This document shows positions 1 through 10,027 of a stretch of 36,447 nucleotides of DNA, one piece after another; position 1 is the stretch's first letter, and every line of letters starts with the position of its first letter. The DNA is taken from sequence record SRR22947725_1716. The stretch is one strand, 5' to 3'. The notes beneath the pieces are model-generated. The model ran no database searches and was not told where the DNA came from. It saw only the letters and a list, made by a program, of their open reading frames with translations. Position numbers and translations under genes: made by a program.

Positions 1-9
1 TTTTTTTGC

Positions 10-17
10 CAAATTTA
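10..17 (-). promoter_or_regulatory. Putative Bacteroidota sigma -7 element (TAAATTTG) for a divergent gene left of the window
   Basis: CAAATTTA on + reads TAAATTTG on -, an exact TAnnTTTG match in intergenic DNA. The target gene lies outside the window. Confidence 0.4.
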
Positions 18-78
18 CATTGAGTTAACAGATTATATACATATATTGTGTACTTATAATAATAACTAACTAATAATT

Positions 79-2856
79 ATGAGAACAATTCTTAAAATTT
101 TTATGATGTGTTTTTGTGTCATTTCATATGCACAAACCACAATTAACGGAAGTGTAACTGATCAAAATGGTCAACCACTTACTGGCGCTAATGTCATCGT
201 TGATGGAACTTCATCTGGAGCTCAAACTGACTTTGATGGAAACTATTCTTTTACAGTTGATTCTGAAGGAACAGTTTCAGTAACAGCAAGTATGGTAGGT
301 TTTCAATCATCATCACAAAATGTTGATTCTTCAGGAACAGTTAATTTTGAACTGGAAGATGGAACTTTTTTAGATGAGGTTGTTGTTTCGGCATCTAGAA
401 CTCCACAGAGAATATTCGAATCTCCAGTAACAATTGAAAGATTTGGTGTTAAAGAAATTGCAAACACTGCATCTGCTGATTTTTATGATGGACTAGAAAA
501 CATGAAAGGAGTTGACATTAACGTTAACAGTTTAACTTTTAAAGCAATTAATACAAGAGGTTTTGCAACATTTGCAAACACTAGATTTGTACAATTAGTG
601 GATGGAATGGACAATTCTGCTCCTGCTTTAAATTTCCCATTAGGTAATTTACTTGGGATGACTGAAACGGATGTATTAAGCGTTGAATTATTACCTGGTG
701 CATCATCTGCCCTTTATGGAGCAAATGCATTTAATGGTATTCTTTTAATGACAAGTAAAAATCCATTTGACCATACAGGGTTAAGTGGACAATATAAACA
801 AGGAATAACTTCACAAGAAGCTGCCGGAGACAATACTTACAGAGATTTAAGTCTTCGTTTTGGACATAAGTTTAGTGACAAGCTTGCTATTAAAGCAAAC
901 TTTGGATACTTACTTGGGACAGATTGGATCGCTGATAGTGAAGAAGATAAACTTGGTAGAGGTTTAACTAGAGCAGATTACGACCATGATGGTATTAACA
1001 TCTATGGTGATGAGGTTGCTACGGATATTAAAGGAGTTGCGCAAACATTAGTTGCATTGGGTATTGCTCCTGCAGGAATTGATGCTCTTATTCCATCTCA
1101 AGTAGTAAGTAGAACTGGATATAGAGAAGTAGATTTAACTGATCACGTTGCGGAGAGTAAGAAAGCAGATTGGGGTTTATACTACAGACCTTTTGAAAAT
1201 AATTTTGAAATTTCATACGTTGGTAAATGGGGAACTGGACAAACAGTTTACCAAGGGACAAACAGATATGGAATTGAAAACTTTACAATGAGTCAACACA
1301 AATTAGAAGTAAAGGACGATAACTTCTTTGTAAGAGCTTATGTAACTGAAGATAATGCTGGTGATTCATATGATATGAACTTTACTGCTATTAATATTAA
1401 TAGAAGCTGGAAAGATGACAATACATGGTTTGGTACCTACGTAAATGGATTTGCTGGCGCAACTCTTGGTGGAGCTACAGAAGCGCAAGCTCATGCTGCT
1501 GGTAGAGCTGCTGCTGATACTGGAAGATTACTTCCTGGAACTCCAGAGTACCTTGCTGCTTTTGAAACAGTAGTAAATGATCCTGATTTAACTACAGGAG
1601 CTAAATTCCAAGATAATTCAAAAATATACCATAGCGATTGGAACTATAACTTTCAAGACCAAGTAGATTGGGCTGATCTTCAAGTTGGTGGTTCTTTTAG
1701 ACAATATTCACTTAACTCATCTGGTACAATTTATACAGATTATGATGGGGCTATTGATTACTCAGAAACGGGTATTTATACGCAACTTGTAAAAGGCTTT
1801 TTGAATGAGGAAAGATTGACATTAACTGCTGCTGCAAGATATGATAAAAACGAGTTTTTTGATGGACAAGTTACTCCTAGAGTTTCATTATCATACCAAG
1901 CTGGTGAATATAAAAATCATAACTTTAGAGTAGGATTTCAAACTGGATTTAGAAACCCTTCTACTCAAGATTTATTTATAGGTCTTGATGTTGGTAGAGC
2001 TAGGTTAATAGGTTCTTCTCCTACTAGTTTAGATAATTATGTTAGAGATTATGGTGTGAGTGCAAACGGACAGGCGTTAGGAGTTCCTGCATCGGTTACT
2101 TTAGATGGTAATAGTGCATTTAATAACTCATTTTCAGCTGCTTCAGTTGGAGCTTTTGCTGCTACTGGGAATCCTGCTTTATTAGAAGCTTCTGGAGTAG
2201 AGATGGTTAAACCCGAAGAGGTTAGATCTATGGAGTTTGGATATAGAGGTAGATTATCAAGAAACTTTTCTGTAGACATGAGTGTATACAAAAACGAGTA
2301 TTCTAACTTTATCAATACTCAAGTGGTTTTAAGTCCATATTATGGATCTGTTGGAGATGGAGCTTTATCTGTTTTAGCTATTGCTAACGGGGATTTTGAA
2401 ACTTGGAGTGTGTATACAAACTCTACTGCAGAAATTAATTCTTGGGGTGGAGCTATCGGAGTTACAACTAAAATTCTTGGTTTTGACGTAAGTGGTAACT
2501 ACACTAAATCTGTATTAGATTTTAACGAAGAAGCTAATCCTGATTTTGCTACTAACTGGAATACACCAGAGCACAAGATTAAAGGTCAGATTGGAAAAAC
2601 TGAACTTTTCAAAAACTTTGGTTTCAATGTAGCTTGGAGATATAACAGTGAATTCTATTGGGAAGCAACTTTCGGTGAAGGAGATGTTCCTGCTGAACAT
2701 GTGTTTGACGCACAAGTTAGCTTAAAATTACCTAAACTTAATACTGTATTAAAAGCTGGTGCTGCCAATCTTGGTGGTAACGAATACTTCACAGCATTCG
2801 GTTCTGGTTTAATTGGTTCTCAGTACTACGTATCATTAACGATTAACAACTTATAA
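79..2856 (+). CDS. TonB-dependent outer-membrane receptor with N-terminal carboxypeptidase-regulatory-like domain
   Basis: Signal peptide (..SYA|QTT). N-terminal domain GSVTD..GANVIV..TDFDGNY, then LDEVVVSASR. Plug motif VELLPGASSALYGANAFNG. 925 aa with barrel-like C-terminus. Confidence 0.93.
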   Translation: MRTILKIFMMCFCVISYAQTTINGSVTDQNGQPLTGANVIVDGTSSGAQTDFDGNYSFTVDSEGTVSVTASMVGFQSSSQNVDSSGTVNFELEDGTFLDEVVVSASRTPQRIFESPVTIERFGVKEIANTASADFYDGLENMKGVDINVNSLTFKAINTRGFATFANTRFVQLVDGMDNSAPALNFPLGNLLGMTETDVLSVELLPGASSALYGANAFNGILLMTSKNPFDHTGLSGQYKQGITSQEAAGDNTYRDLSLRFGHKFSDKLAIKANFGYLLGTDWIADSEEDKLGRGLTRADYDHDGINIYGDEVATDIKGVAQTLVALGIAPAGIDALIPSQVVSRTGYREVDLTDHVAESKKADWGLYYRPFENNFEISYVGKWGTGQTVYQGTNRYGIENFTMSQHKLEVKDDNFFVRAYVTEDNAGDSYDMNFTAININRSWKDDNTWFGTYVNGFAGATLGGATEAQAHAAGRAAADTGRLLPGTPEYLAAFETVVNDPDLTTGAKFQDNSKIYHSDWNYNFQDQVDWADLQVGGSFRQYSLNSSGTIYTDYDGAIDYSETGIYTQLVKGFLNEERLTLTAAARYDKNEFFDGQVTPRVSLSYQAGEYKNHNFRVGFQTGFRNPSTQDLFIGLDVGRARLIGSSPTSLDNYVRDYGVSANGQALGVPASVTLDGNSAFNNSFSAASVGAFAATGNPALLEASGVEMVKPEEVRSMEFGYRGRLSRNFSVDMSVYKNEYSNFINTQVVLSPYYGSVGDGALSVLAIANGDFETWSVYTNSTAEINSWGGAIGVTTKILGFDVSGNYTKSVLDFNEEANPDFATNWNTPEHKIKGQIGKTELFKNFGFNVAWRYNSEFYWEATFGEGDVPAEHVFDAQVSLKLPKLNTVLKAGAANLGGNEYFTAFGSGLIGSQYYVSLTINNL

Positions 2857-2865
2857 TAAATATTT

Positions 2866-2901
2866 AAAAAAGCTTCTAAATTAACCTTAGAAGCTTTTTT
2901 T
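2866..2901 (+). terminator. Intrinsic terminator-like hairpin between TBDR and lipoprotein
   Basis: Perfect 14-bp inverted repeat AAAAAAGCTTCTAA (2866-2879) / TTAGAAGCTTTTTT (2887-2900), 7-nt loop, T-tract, just after the stop codon. Confidence 0.85.
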
Positions 2902-2928
2902 ACTATTATTAACCTAAATAATTAAATT

Positions 2929-4392
2929 ATGAAAATTTTAAATAACAAATATCTATTGCTTTCGATGGCATTACTTGTCTTTACAGCTTGTGATGAAGAT
3001 GAAGATAGCATTCCTTACGCAGAACAATATATTGAAGTTACGTCTGGTGATGCCGACTTTAGTAGCTATGTAGCTATGGGTGGCTCAATAACAGCTGGTG
3101 TAACTGATGGTTCATTATTTATGGCCGGACAAATGAACTCATATCCAAATATAATGGCTGGAGTTATGGCTCAATCTATTGAAAATACTGATTATGCTCC
3201 TTTTACTATACCTTATGTTGATGACAATGTTGGTGGAATTAATGTTGGTGGTAATCAGTTTTGGGGACCAAGATTCTTCTTTGATGGAGCTGGCCCAGCA
3301 CAAGTCTCTGGAACACCAAGTACAGAAGCTACTAATGTAGTGCCTGGACCATATTCAAACTTAGCCTTTCCATTTGCTTCAGCAATTAGTTACGTTGCTC
3401 CCGGAGTAGGTAGCTTAGAAGGTTTAGCTGCAGGACTTGCAAACCCTTGGTTTGTTAGAGCAGCATCAAATAATAATGCTTCGATGGTAGGAGATGCTCT
3501 TACGCAACAACCAACTTTTGTCACTTTTGAGCCTGGAAATGACTTTTTTAATTATGCTTTGACGGGTAGATTTGTTTCACCACTTGAACTAGAAGGCCCA
3601 ACCGGTATGCTAGCTGGAGTTGTTGGAACATTACAAGCATTAAGTGCATCAGTTCCAAATGGAGTTATAACTAATTTACCAGACCCTACTAACACTGCAA
3701 CATTTAATACTGTACCATGGAACCCGGTTCCACTAGACGCAGCTACAGCTGGATTATTAAATGCACAGTTAGCAGCCCCTTATAATGGTGGCTTAGCTGC
3801 TGCACAAGCATTTGGTTTAGTTTCTGCAGAAGAAGTTGCATTAAGAACACTTAATGCAGTAGAAGGACAAAATGGACTTCTAATTGTTGATTTCGATTTA
3901 ACAGACTTATCTGCTCTTGGATTACCAAGTTTTAGATTAACAAATGCAAATGATAGAGTTTCTTTATTATCTGCAGCAAATATTGGAGTAGTCCCTGATC
4001 CTACTAATCCACTAGGTATTGTAGGAGTTACTATACCGATGCCTGATGCTGCAATCTTAACAGCTACAGAAATTGATGAAATACAAACTAAACTTGCAAC
4101 TGCCAATGCTGCTATTGCAGCAAGTGTACCAAATGGATGGGCATTATTTGATTTGCACGGTTTGTATAACGAAGTTGTAACAACAGGCTTACAAGTAGAT
4201 GATTATACCATGACTGGAGATTTAGTTTTTGGAGGTTTCTTTGGATTAGATGGAATACATCCTACATCTAGAGGAAGTGCTGCAATTTCTAAAAGAATGA
4301 TGGAAGCAATTGATGCTACATGGGGGTCTAATCTTTCAGAGTCTGGATTAGAAATTGGAGACTATCCAACAAACTACCCTGCTTCAATGTAG
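2929..4392 (+). CDS. SGNH/GDSL-family lipolytic-like lipoprotein
   Basis: Lipobox LVFTA|C21 followed by acidic DEDED. Block I-like YVAMGGSITAG (Ser53), block III-like PGND, block V DGIHP (Asp441/His444). Confidence 0.82.
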   Translation: MKILNNKYLLLSMALLVFTACDEDEDSIPYAEQYIEVTSGDADFSSYVAMGGSITAGVTDGSLFMAGQMNSYPNIMAGVMAQSIENTDYAPFTIPYVDDNVGGINVGGNQFWGPRFFFDGAGPAQVSGTPSTEATNVVPGPYSNLAFPFASAISYVAPGVGSLEGLAAGLANPWFVRAASNNNASMVGDALTQQPTFVTFEPGNDFFNYALTGRFVSPLELEGPTGMLAGVVGTLQALSASVPNGVITNLPDPTNTATFNTVPWNPVPLDAATAGLLNAQLAAPYNGGLAAAQAFGLVSAEEVALRTLNAVEGQNGLLIVDFDLTDLSALGLPSFRLTNANDRVSLLSAANIGVVPDPTNPLGIVGVTIPMPDAAILTATEIDEIQTKLATANAAIAASVPNGWALFDLHGLYNEVVTTGLQVDDYTMTGDLVFGGFFGLDGIHPTSRGSAAISKRMMEAIDATWGSNLSESGLEIGDYPTNYPASM

Positions 4393-4413
4393 AAACATAT
4401 CAATTAAAATATT

Positions 4414-4446
4414 AAAAAAACCTGTAGTTCTTCTGCAGGTTTTTTT
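4414..4446 (+). terminator. Intrinsic terminator
   Basis: A7-CCTGTAG-ttctt-CTGCAGG-T7: GC-rich stem with one G:U pair, flanked by A and T tracts, downstream of the lipoprotein stop. Confidence 0.88.
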
Positions 4447-4515
4447 ATTTTAAATTAATTAGTAAATTTTACGAATTTTTTGAAAAATTTACTCAAATTT
4501 TTTAGAGAAAAAATC

Positions 4516-4523
4516 TATCTTTG
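4516..4523 (+). promoter_or_regulatory. Putative -7 promoter element for atpDC
   Basis: TATCTTTG, exact TAnnTTTG, 36 nt upstream of the atpD ATG. Confidence 0.7.
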
Positions 4524-4544
4524 CGACTAAAACTTATTTATTAA

Positions 4545-6068
<1,524 letters not shown>

Positions 6069-6087
6069 ATTATAAATTTTAGTTTAA

Positions 6088-6366
6088 ATGTATTTAGAAA
6101 TTATATCCCCAGAATTTACTTTATTTAGTGGAGAGGTAACATCGGTTGCTGTCCCTGGTGTTGATGGTGAATTTGAAATGTTAAATAATCATGCTTCAAT
6201 TATTTCTACATTAAAAAAAGGAACTATTAAAATTTACGGAGACATTACAATAGAGGAAAACCTTAAAGATAAATTTGAAAAAGGTCCCGAAAAAGGAACT
6301 TTTCTTTCTATTAATTCTGGCACTGTAGAGCTAAAAGAAAATAAAATTATAGCTTTAGTAGACTAA
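6088..6366 (+). CDS. atpC: ATP synthase epsilon subunit (short form, beta-sandwich only)
   Basis: LEIISPE..LFSGEV..V.VPG..GEFEMLNNHA motif; directly follows atpD. Confidence 0.93.
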   Translation: MYLEIISPEFTLFSGEVTSVAVPGVDGEFEMLNNHASIISTLKKGTIKIYGDITIEENLKDKFEKGPEKGTFLSINSGTVELKENKIIALVD

Positions 6367-6375
6367 CCTCACCTT

Positions 6376-6813
6376 TTAAACTTTCTTTATAACATTAGTT
6401 ACTATTCCCCAAATCACAAACTCATTTTCGTTTGTAACTTCTATTGGTTTAAATTCTGAATTTTCTGGCTGAAGCCAAAGTTTACCTTTTTTAATTAAGA
6501 GTCTTTTTACAGTAAATTCCCCATCTATAAAGCATACAGCGATTTTATTGTTTTCTGGCTCTATACTTCTATCTATTACCAATAAGTCATTATCGTCTAA
6601 GCCTGCGCCAATCATAGACTGACCACAAACTCTTGCAAAGAAAGTAGCTTCCTTGTTTTTAACTAATTCATTGTCAAGACTTATTCTATTTTGTTTAAAG
6701 TCATCGGCTGGAGACGGAAATCCAGCAGCAATCCCTGAATTAATAATAATTGTCCCCTCTCCCGAGCTAGGTTGTGGAATAAAAAATTGAAGCGCTTTAA
6801 CTTTTTCTTTCAT
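6376..6813 (-). CDS. umuD: UmuD-like S24 autopeptidase, DNA polymerase V accessory subunit
   Basis: Cleavage site AAG-FPSPA, catalytic Ser in GQSM, catalytic Lys in FTVKRL, C-terminal WGIV. No HTH domain. Confidence 0.93.
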   Translation of the reverse strand: MKEKVKALQFFIPQPSSGEGTIIINSGIAAGFPSPADDFKQNRISLDNELVKNKEATFFARVCGQSMIGAGLDDNDLLVIDRSIEPENNKIAVCFIDGEFTVKRLLIKKGKLWLQPENSEFKPIEVTNENEFVIWGIVTNVIKKV

Positions 6814-8066
6814 TATTTTACTTTAATTATATCTTGCAGATTAGTGGTATAATTGGGAGATAAATGATCTTGTTTCATCTTCCAAGTTTTTTTTAAATCT
6901 TGATTAGCTAGTTTTATCTTATTACTAAACCTGTAATTTATCTTATCAATAGCCTTCATAAGTGGTTGATGATTAGAATTCTCCCAATCAAATATATTTA
7001 ATTGATAGTTATTAGAAGGAACTAAACCAGTAAGTATTATTCCTGCTTTTTTGTATGCAATTCCACTCTTAAAAACCTCTTCAATAGCTTTTATCGCATA
7101 ATTACTAAGCACAAGAGAAGAATTTGTTGGATATGGCAAACTAATTACTTTAGTTGCGTAATGTTGTTTTAAATCTTCTCTAAAATAGTTACTTCTAAGT
7201 ATAACTATAATCATGTGACAGTGAGAATTCTGACGACGTAGTTTTTCTCCAGAAACAAAAGCAAAAGTAGAGACACGCTCTTTAATTTTATCTAATTCCT
7301 TTAATGGTTTCTCAAAAGTTCTAGTCGTTGCAATAGATTTTTTAGATTTTTGAACTTCTAAATCAAGTGTTGGTATCCCTAATAAATCTCGCTGCAATCT
7401 AGATTCTACAACTGACATATTAGACTTCACCCAACTCTCCGGTAGCTGAGTAAAATCATATGCGTTTTTACATCCTTTGATTGCTAGTCTATTACTAAGC
7501 TTTTTCCCTATTCCCCATATATCTTTTATTTTGGTCCATTTTAAAGCATTTATTCTTTTAACTTCAGTGTCAATAACATATACTCCATTGGTCTGGTCAG
7601 GATATTTTCTTGCAATTTTATTAGCAACTTTAGATAAAGCCTTTGTCGGTGCAATTCCAGCGCAAGTAGGAATTCCTGTCCATTTTAAAATCCTATTTTT
7701 CATTAACATTCCATAATCAGTTAAATTATAACCTTCAAAACCTTCTAGTTTTAAAAAAGATTCGTCTATACTATAAACCTGTATGTCTGGAGTGAATTGT
7801 TTTAATATAGACATCACTCTACTACTCATATCTCCATACAAAGAATAATTTGAAGAAAAGACCTTTACATTATGATTGGTTATAAGAGTTCTATATTTAA
7901 AAATAGGGGCCCCCATAGGTATTCCTAATTTTTTAGCTTCATCACTTCTAGAAATAATACACCCATCGTTATTGGATAAAATTACTATTGGTTTATGCTG
8001 AAGATTTGGATTAAAAACACGCTCACAAGAAGCATAAAAATTATTACAATCGACAAGTGCAAACAT
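6813..8066 (-). CDS. umuC: Y-family translesion DNA polymerase, UmuC type (417 aa)
   Basis: Start reset to the ATG at 8066 (MFALVDCNNFYASCE). Motifs LSNNDGC, YGDMSSRV, YSIDE, and C-terminal W.MKQ.HLSP.YTT. Stop overlaps the umuD start (TAATG). Confidence 0.95.
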   Translation of the reverse strand: MFALVDCNNFYASCERVFNPNLQHKPIVILSNNDGCIISRSDEAKKLGIPMGAPIFKYRTLITNHNVKVFSSNYSLYGDMSSRVMSILKQFTPDIQVYSIDESFLKLEGFEGYNLTDYGMLMKNRILKWTGIPTCAGIAPTKALSKVANKIARKYPDQTNGVYVIDTEVKRINALKWTKIKDIWGIGKKLSNRLAIKGCKNAYDFTQLPESWVKSNMSVVESRLQRDLLGIPTLDLEVQKSKKSIATTRTFEKPLKELDKIKERVSTFAFVSGEKLRRQNSHCHMIIVILRSNYFREDLKQHYATKVISLPYPTNSSLVLSNYAIKAIEEVFKSGIAYKKAGIILTGLVPSNNYQLNIFDWENSNHQPLMKAIDKINYRFSNKIKLANQDLKKTWKMKQDHLSPNYTTNLQDIIKVK

Positions 8067-8151
8067 GAAATAAATATAATGTTTGAAACAAAACATATAG
8101 ACCAAATAGCTATTTATTATTAACAAAATATAGAATTGGAGAAAAAAGCAG

Positions 8152-8159
8152 TAATTTTG
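8152..8159 (+). promoter_or_regulatory. Putative -7 promoter element for the BtuB-like receptor
   Basis: TAATTTTG, exact TAnnTTTG, 17 nt upstream of ATG 8177. Confidence 0.55.
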
Positions 8160-8176
8160 AAAAAACTTAAAAAACA

Positions 8177-10027
8177 ATGAAAAAATTACTATCTGTAATC
8201 TTAATAATTGCAATAAACTCAATAATGAACTCGCAAGAGAAGCAAATAAGTCTTGAAGAAGTAACAATTGTTTCTTCGCCTAGAATTGAACTAGAATTAT
8301 CTGAAAGTTCAAAAACTGTGCAGGTGATTTCAAAGGAAGAAATTATTAATAGTCCAGCGAATAACGTTGCAGAATTATTACAACAAGTTGCAGGAATAGA
8401 TATAAGAAGAAGAGGGACTTCAGGGATGCAAGCAGACTTATATATTAGAGGTGGTGGTTTTGATCAAACTCTACTTTTAATAGATGGAATTAAAGTAGAA
8501 GATCCTCAAACAGGGCACCACACCATGAATATGGCATTACCTATTGAAGTAATAGAAAGAATAGAAATCATAAAAGGTTCTGCGTCTAGAGTATACGGAC
8601 AAAATGCTTTCACAGGAGCGATAAATATTGTTACTTCTAAAGTAGCAGAAGATATAGTCTCAGTAAAGTTAGAAGCTGGATCTTATGAACAGCAAAATGC
8701 TTCAGTAACAATTAGCAAGAATATTCAAGATCAATCCGTACTTTTCCACTATTCAAATAATAGTTCAGAAGGGCATAAATACAATACCGATTATAAAAAT
8801 GAAAATTATTTTTTAAAAAATAGCTTTAAAATAAAAGGGCAGTTAATTGATATGATATCTTCTTTTAATGAAAGAAAATTTGGAGCTAACGGATTCTATG
8901 CAAGCCCTGAAGCTATTGATCAATATGAAGAAACACAGGCTAGTTTATTAGGATTTTCTACTAAAATAGTTAAGGGAAATTTAATTATAAAACCTAAACT
9001 ATACTGGAAAAGAAATCAAGACATGTATGTTTATTTAAGACATAATCCATCCGTATATCGAAATTTACACATATCTAATAAAGTTGGTTTTGAGGTTAAT
9101 GGGTCTTATAAATCAGGACTTGGAAGTACAGGATTTGGATTAGATGTTTCATCGGTAAAATTATCTAGTAATAATTTAGGTAATAGAAATAGAACTATGG
9201 TGAATTTATTTTTAGAACACCAAATGAAATTTGCAGATGAAAAAATTGATTTAACACCTGGAGTAGCATTTAGTTATTTTTCAGATGTATCAACAAATAT
9301 GAATTACCAAAGTAATTTATTTAGGAATTTCTTTGCTTATCCAGGTCTGGATATTGGCTATCAAGTAAATGAAGATATTAAATTATATAGTAATGTTGGT
9401 TACACCTATAGAGTACCTACCTATACCGATTTATACTATAGTAGCCCAACAACAATCGGAAATGATAATTTAAATCCTGAAAAAGCATTGACACAAGAAT
9501 TTGGAGCGCGATTTGATAAAAACGGATTAAATATAAATTTTGTTGTTTTCAATCGAGATGCATCTGATGTAATTGACTATGTGAAAAGTATAGAATCAGC
9601 TCCGTGGGAAGCATTTAATATTAGAGAGATAAACACAAAAGGTTATGAAGTTGATTTGTCTTATAATTTTTATCTATCTGCATTTTTAAAACACAGTATA
9701 AATATAGGGTACACCAATATTGAAGACGATTTAAAACAGACTGATTTTGGATTTTCAAGATATGCACTAAATTCATTAAAAAATCACATCACTTCTTCCT
9801 ATAGTTTTGAAATCAAAAAAAACCTTAATAGCTCAATAGTTTATAAATATGCTGAAAGAAGCTTTGGGGAGAATTATTCTGTAATGGACCTAAAGTTAAA
9901 TTATAGTTTAAAGAATTATAAAATATCTTTAACTGGAAATAATCTGTTCGATGCAATTTACAGCGAAACAAACTTAGTTGAAATGCCCGGAAGAAATATT
10001 CTAGTTGGGCTAAATGTTAAATTTTAA
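8177..10027 (+). CDS. TonB-dependent receptor, short BtuB/CirA-like (substrate unknown)
   Basis: Signal peptide; LEEVTIV TonB-box region; plug IRGG..LLLIDG..IERIEIIKGSASRVYG.NAFTGAINIVT; NLNPEKA; C-terminal PGRN..GLNVKF. Confidence 0.9.
   Translation: MKKLLSVILIIAINSIMNSQEKQISLEEVTIVSSPRIELELSESSKTVQVISKEEIINSPANNVAELLQQVAGIDIRRRGTSGMQADLYIRGGGFDQTLLLIDGIKVEDPQTGHHTMNMALPIEVIERIEIIKGSASRVYGQNAFTGAINIVTSKVAEDIVSVKLEAGSYEQQNASVTISKNIQDQSVLFHYSNNSSEGHKYNTDYKNENYFLKNSFKIKGQLIDMISSFNERKFGANGFYASPEAIDQYEETQASLLGFSTKIVKGNLIIKPKLYWKRNQDMYVYLRHNPSVYRNLHISNKVGFEVNGSYKSGLGSTGFGLDVSSVKLSSNNLGNRNRTMVNLFLEHQMKFADEKIDLTPGVAFSYFSDVSTNMNYQSNLFRNFFAYPGLDIGYQVNEDIKLYSNVGYTYRVPTYTDLYYSSPTTIGNDNLNPEKALTQEFGARFDKNGLNINFVVFNRDASDVIDYVKSIESAPWEAFNIREINTKGYEVDLSYNFYLSAFLKHSINIGYTNIEDDLKQTDFGFSRYALNSLKNHITSSYSFEIKKNLNSSIVYKYAERSFGENYSVMDLKLNYSLKNYKISLTGNNLFDAIYSETNLVEMPGRNILVGLNVKF

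Noticed and set aside
6376-8066. umuCD as cargo of an ICE, prophage or plasmid
   Set aside because: No integrase, transposase, att-like repeats or phage genes nearby; flanked by core genes.
8067-8176. Cobalamin riboswitch or firm btuB call for the 616-aa TBDR
   Set aside because: The region is only 110 nt, very AT-rich, and the predicted leader is very short, so there is no room for a riboswitch. Substrate left unassigned.
8067-8267. 67-aa N-terminal extension of the UmuC ORF in the supplied track
   Set aside because: It overlaps the opposite-strand TBDR start and promoter region and looks non-coding. The UmuC family motif begins at Met 8066.
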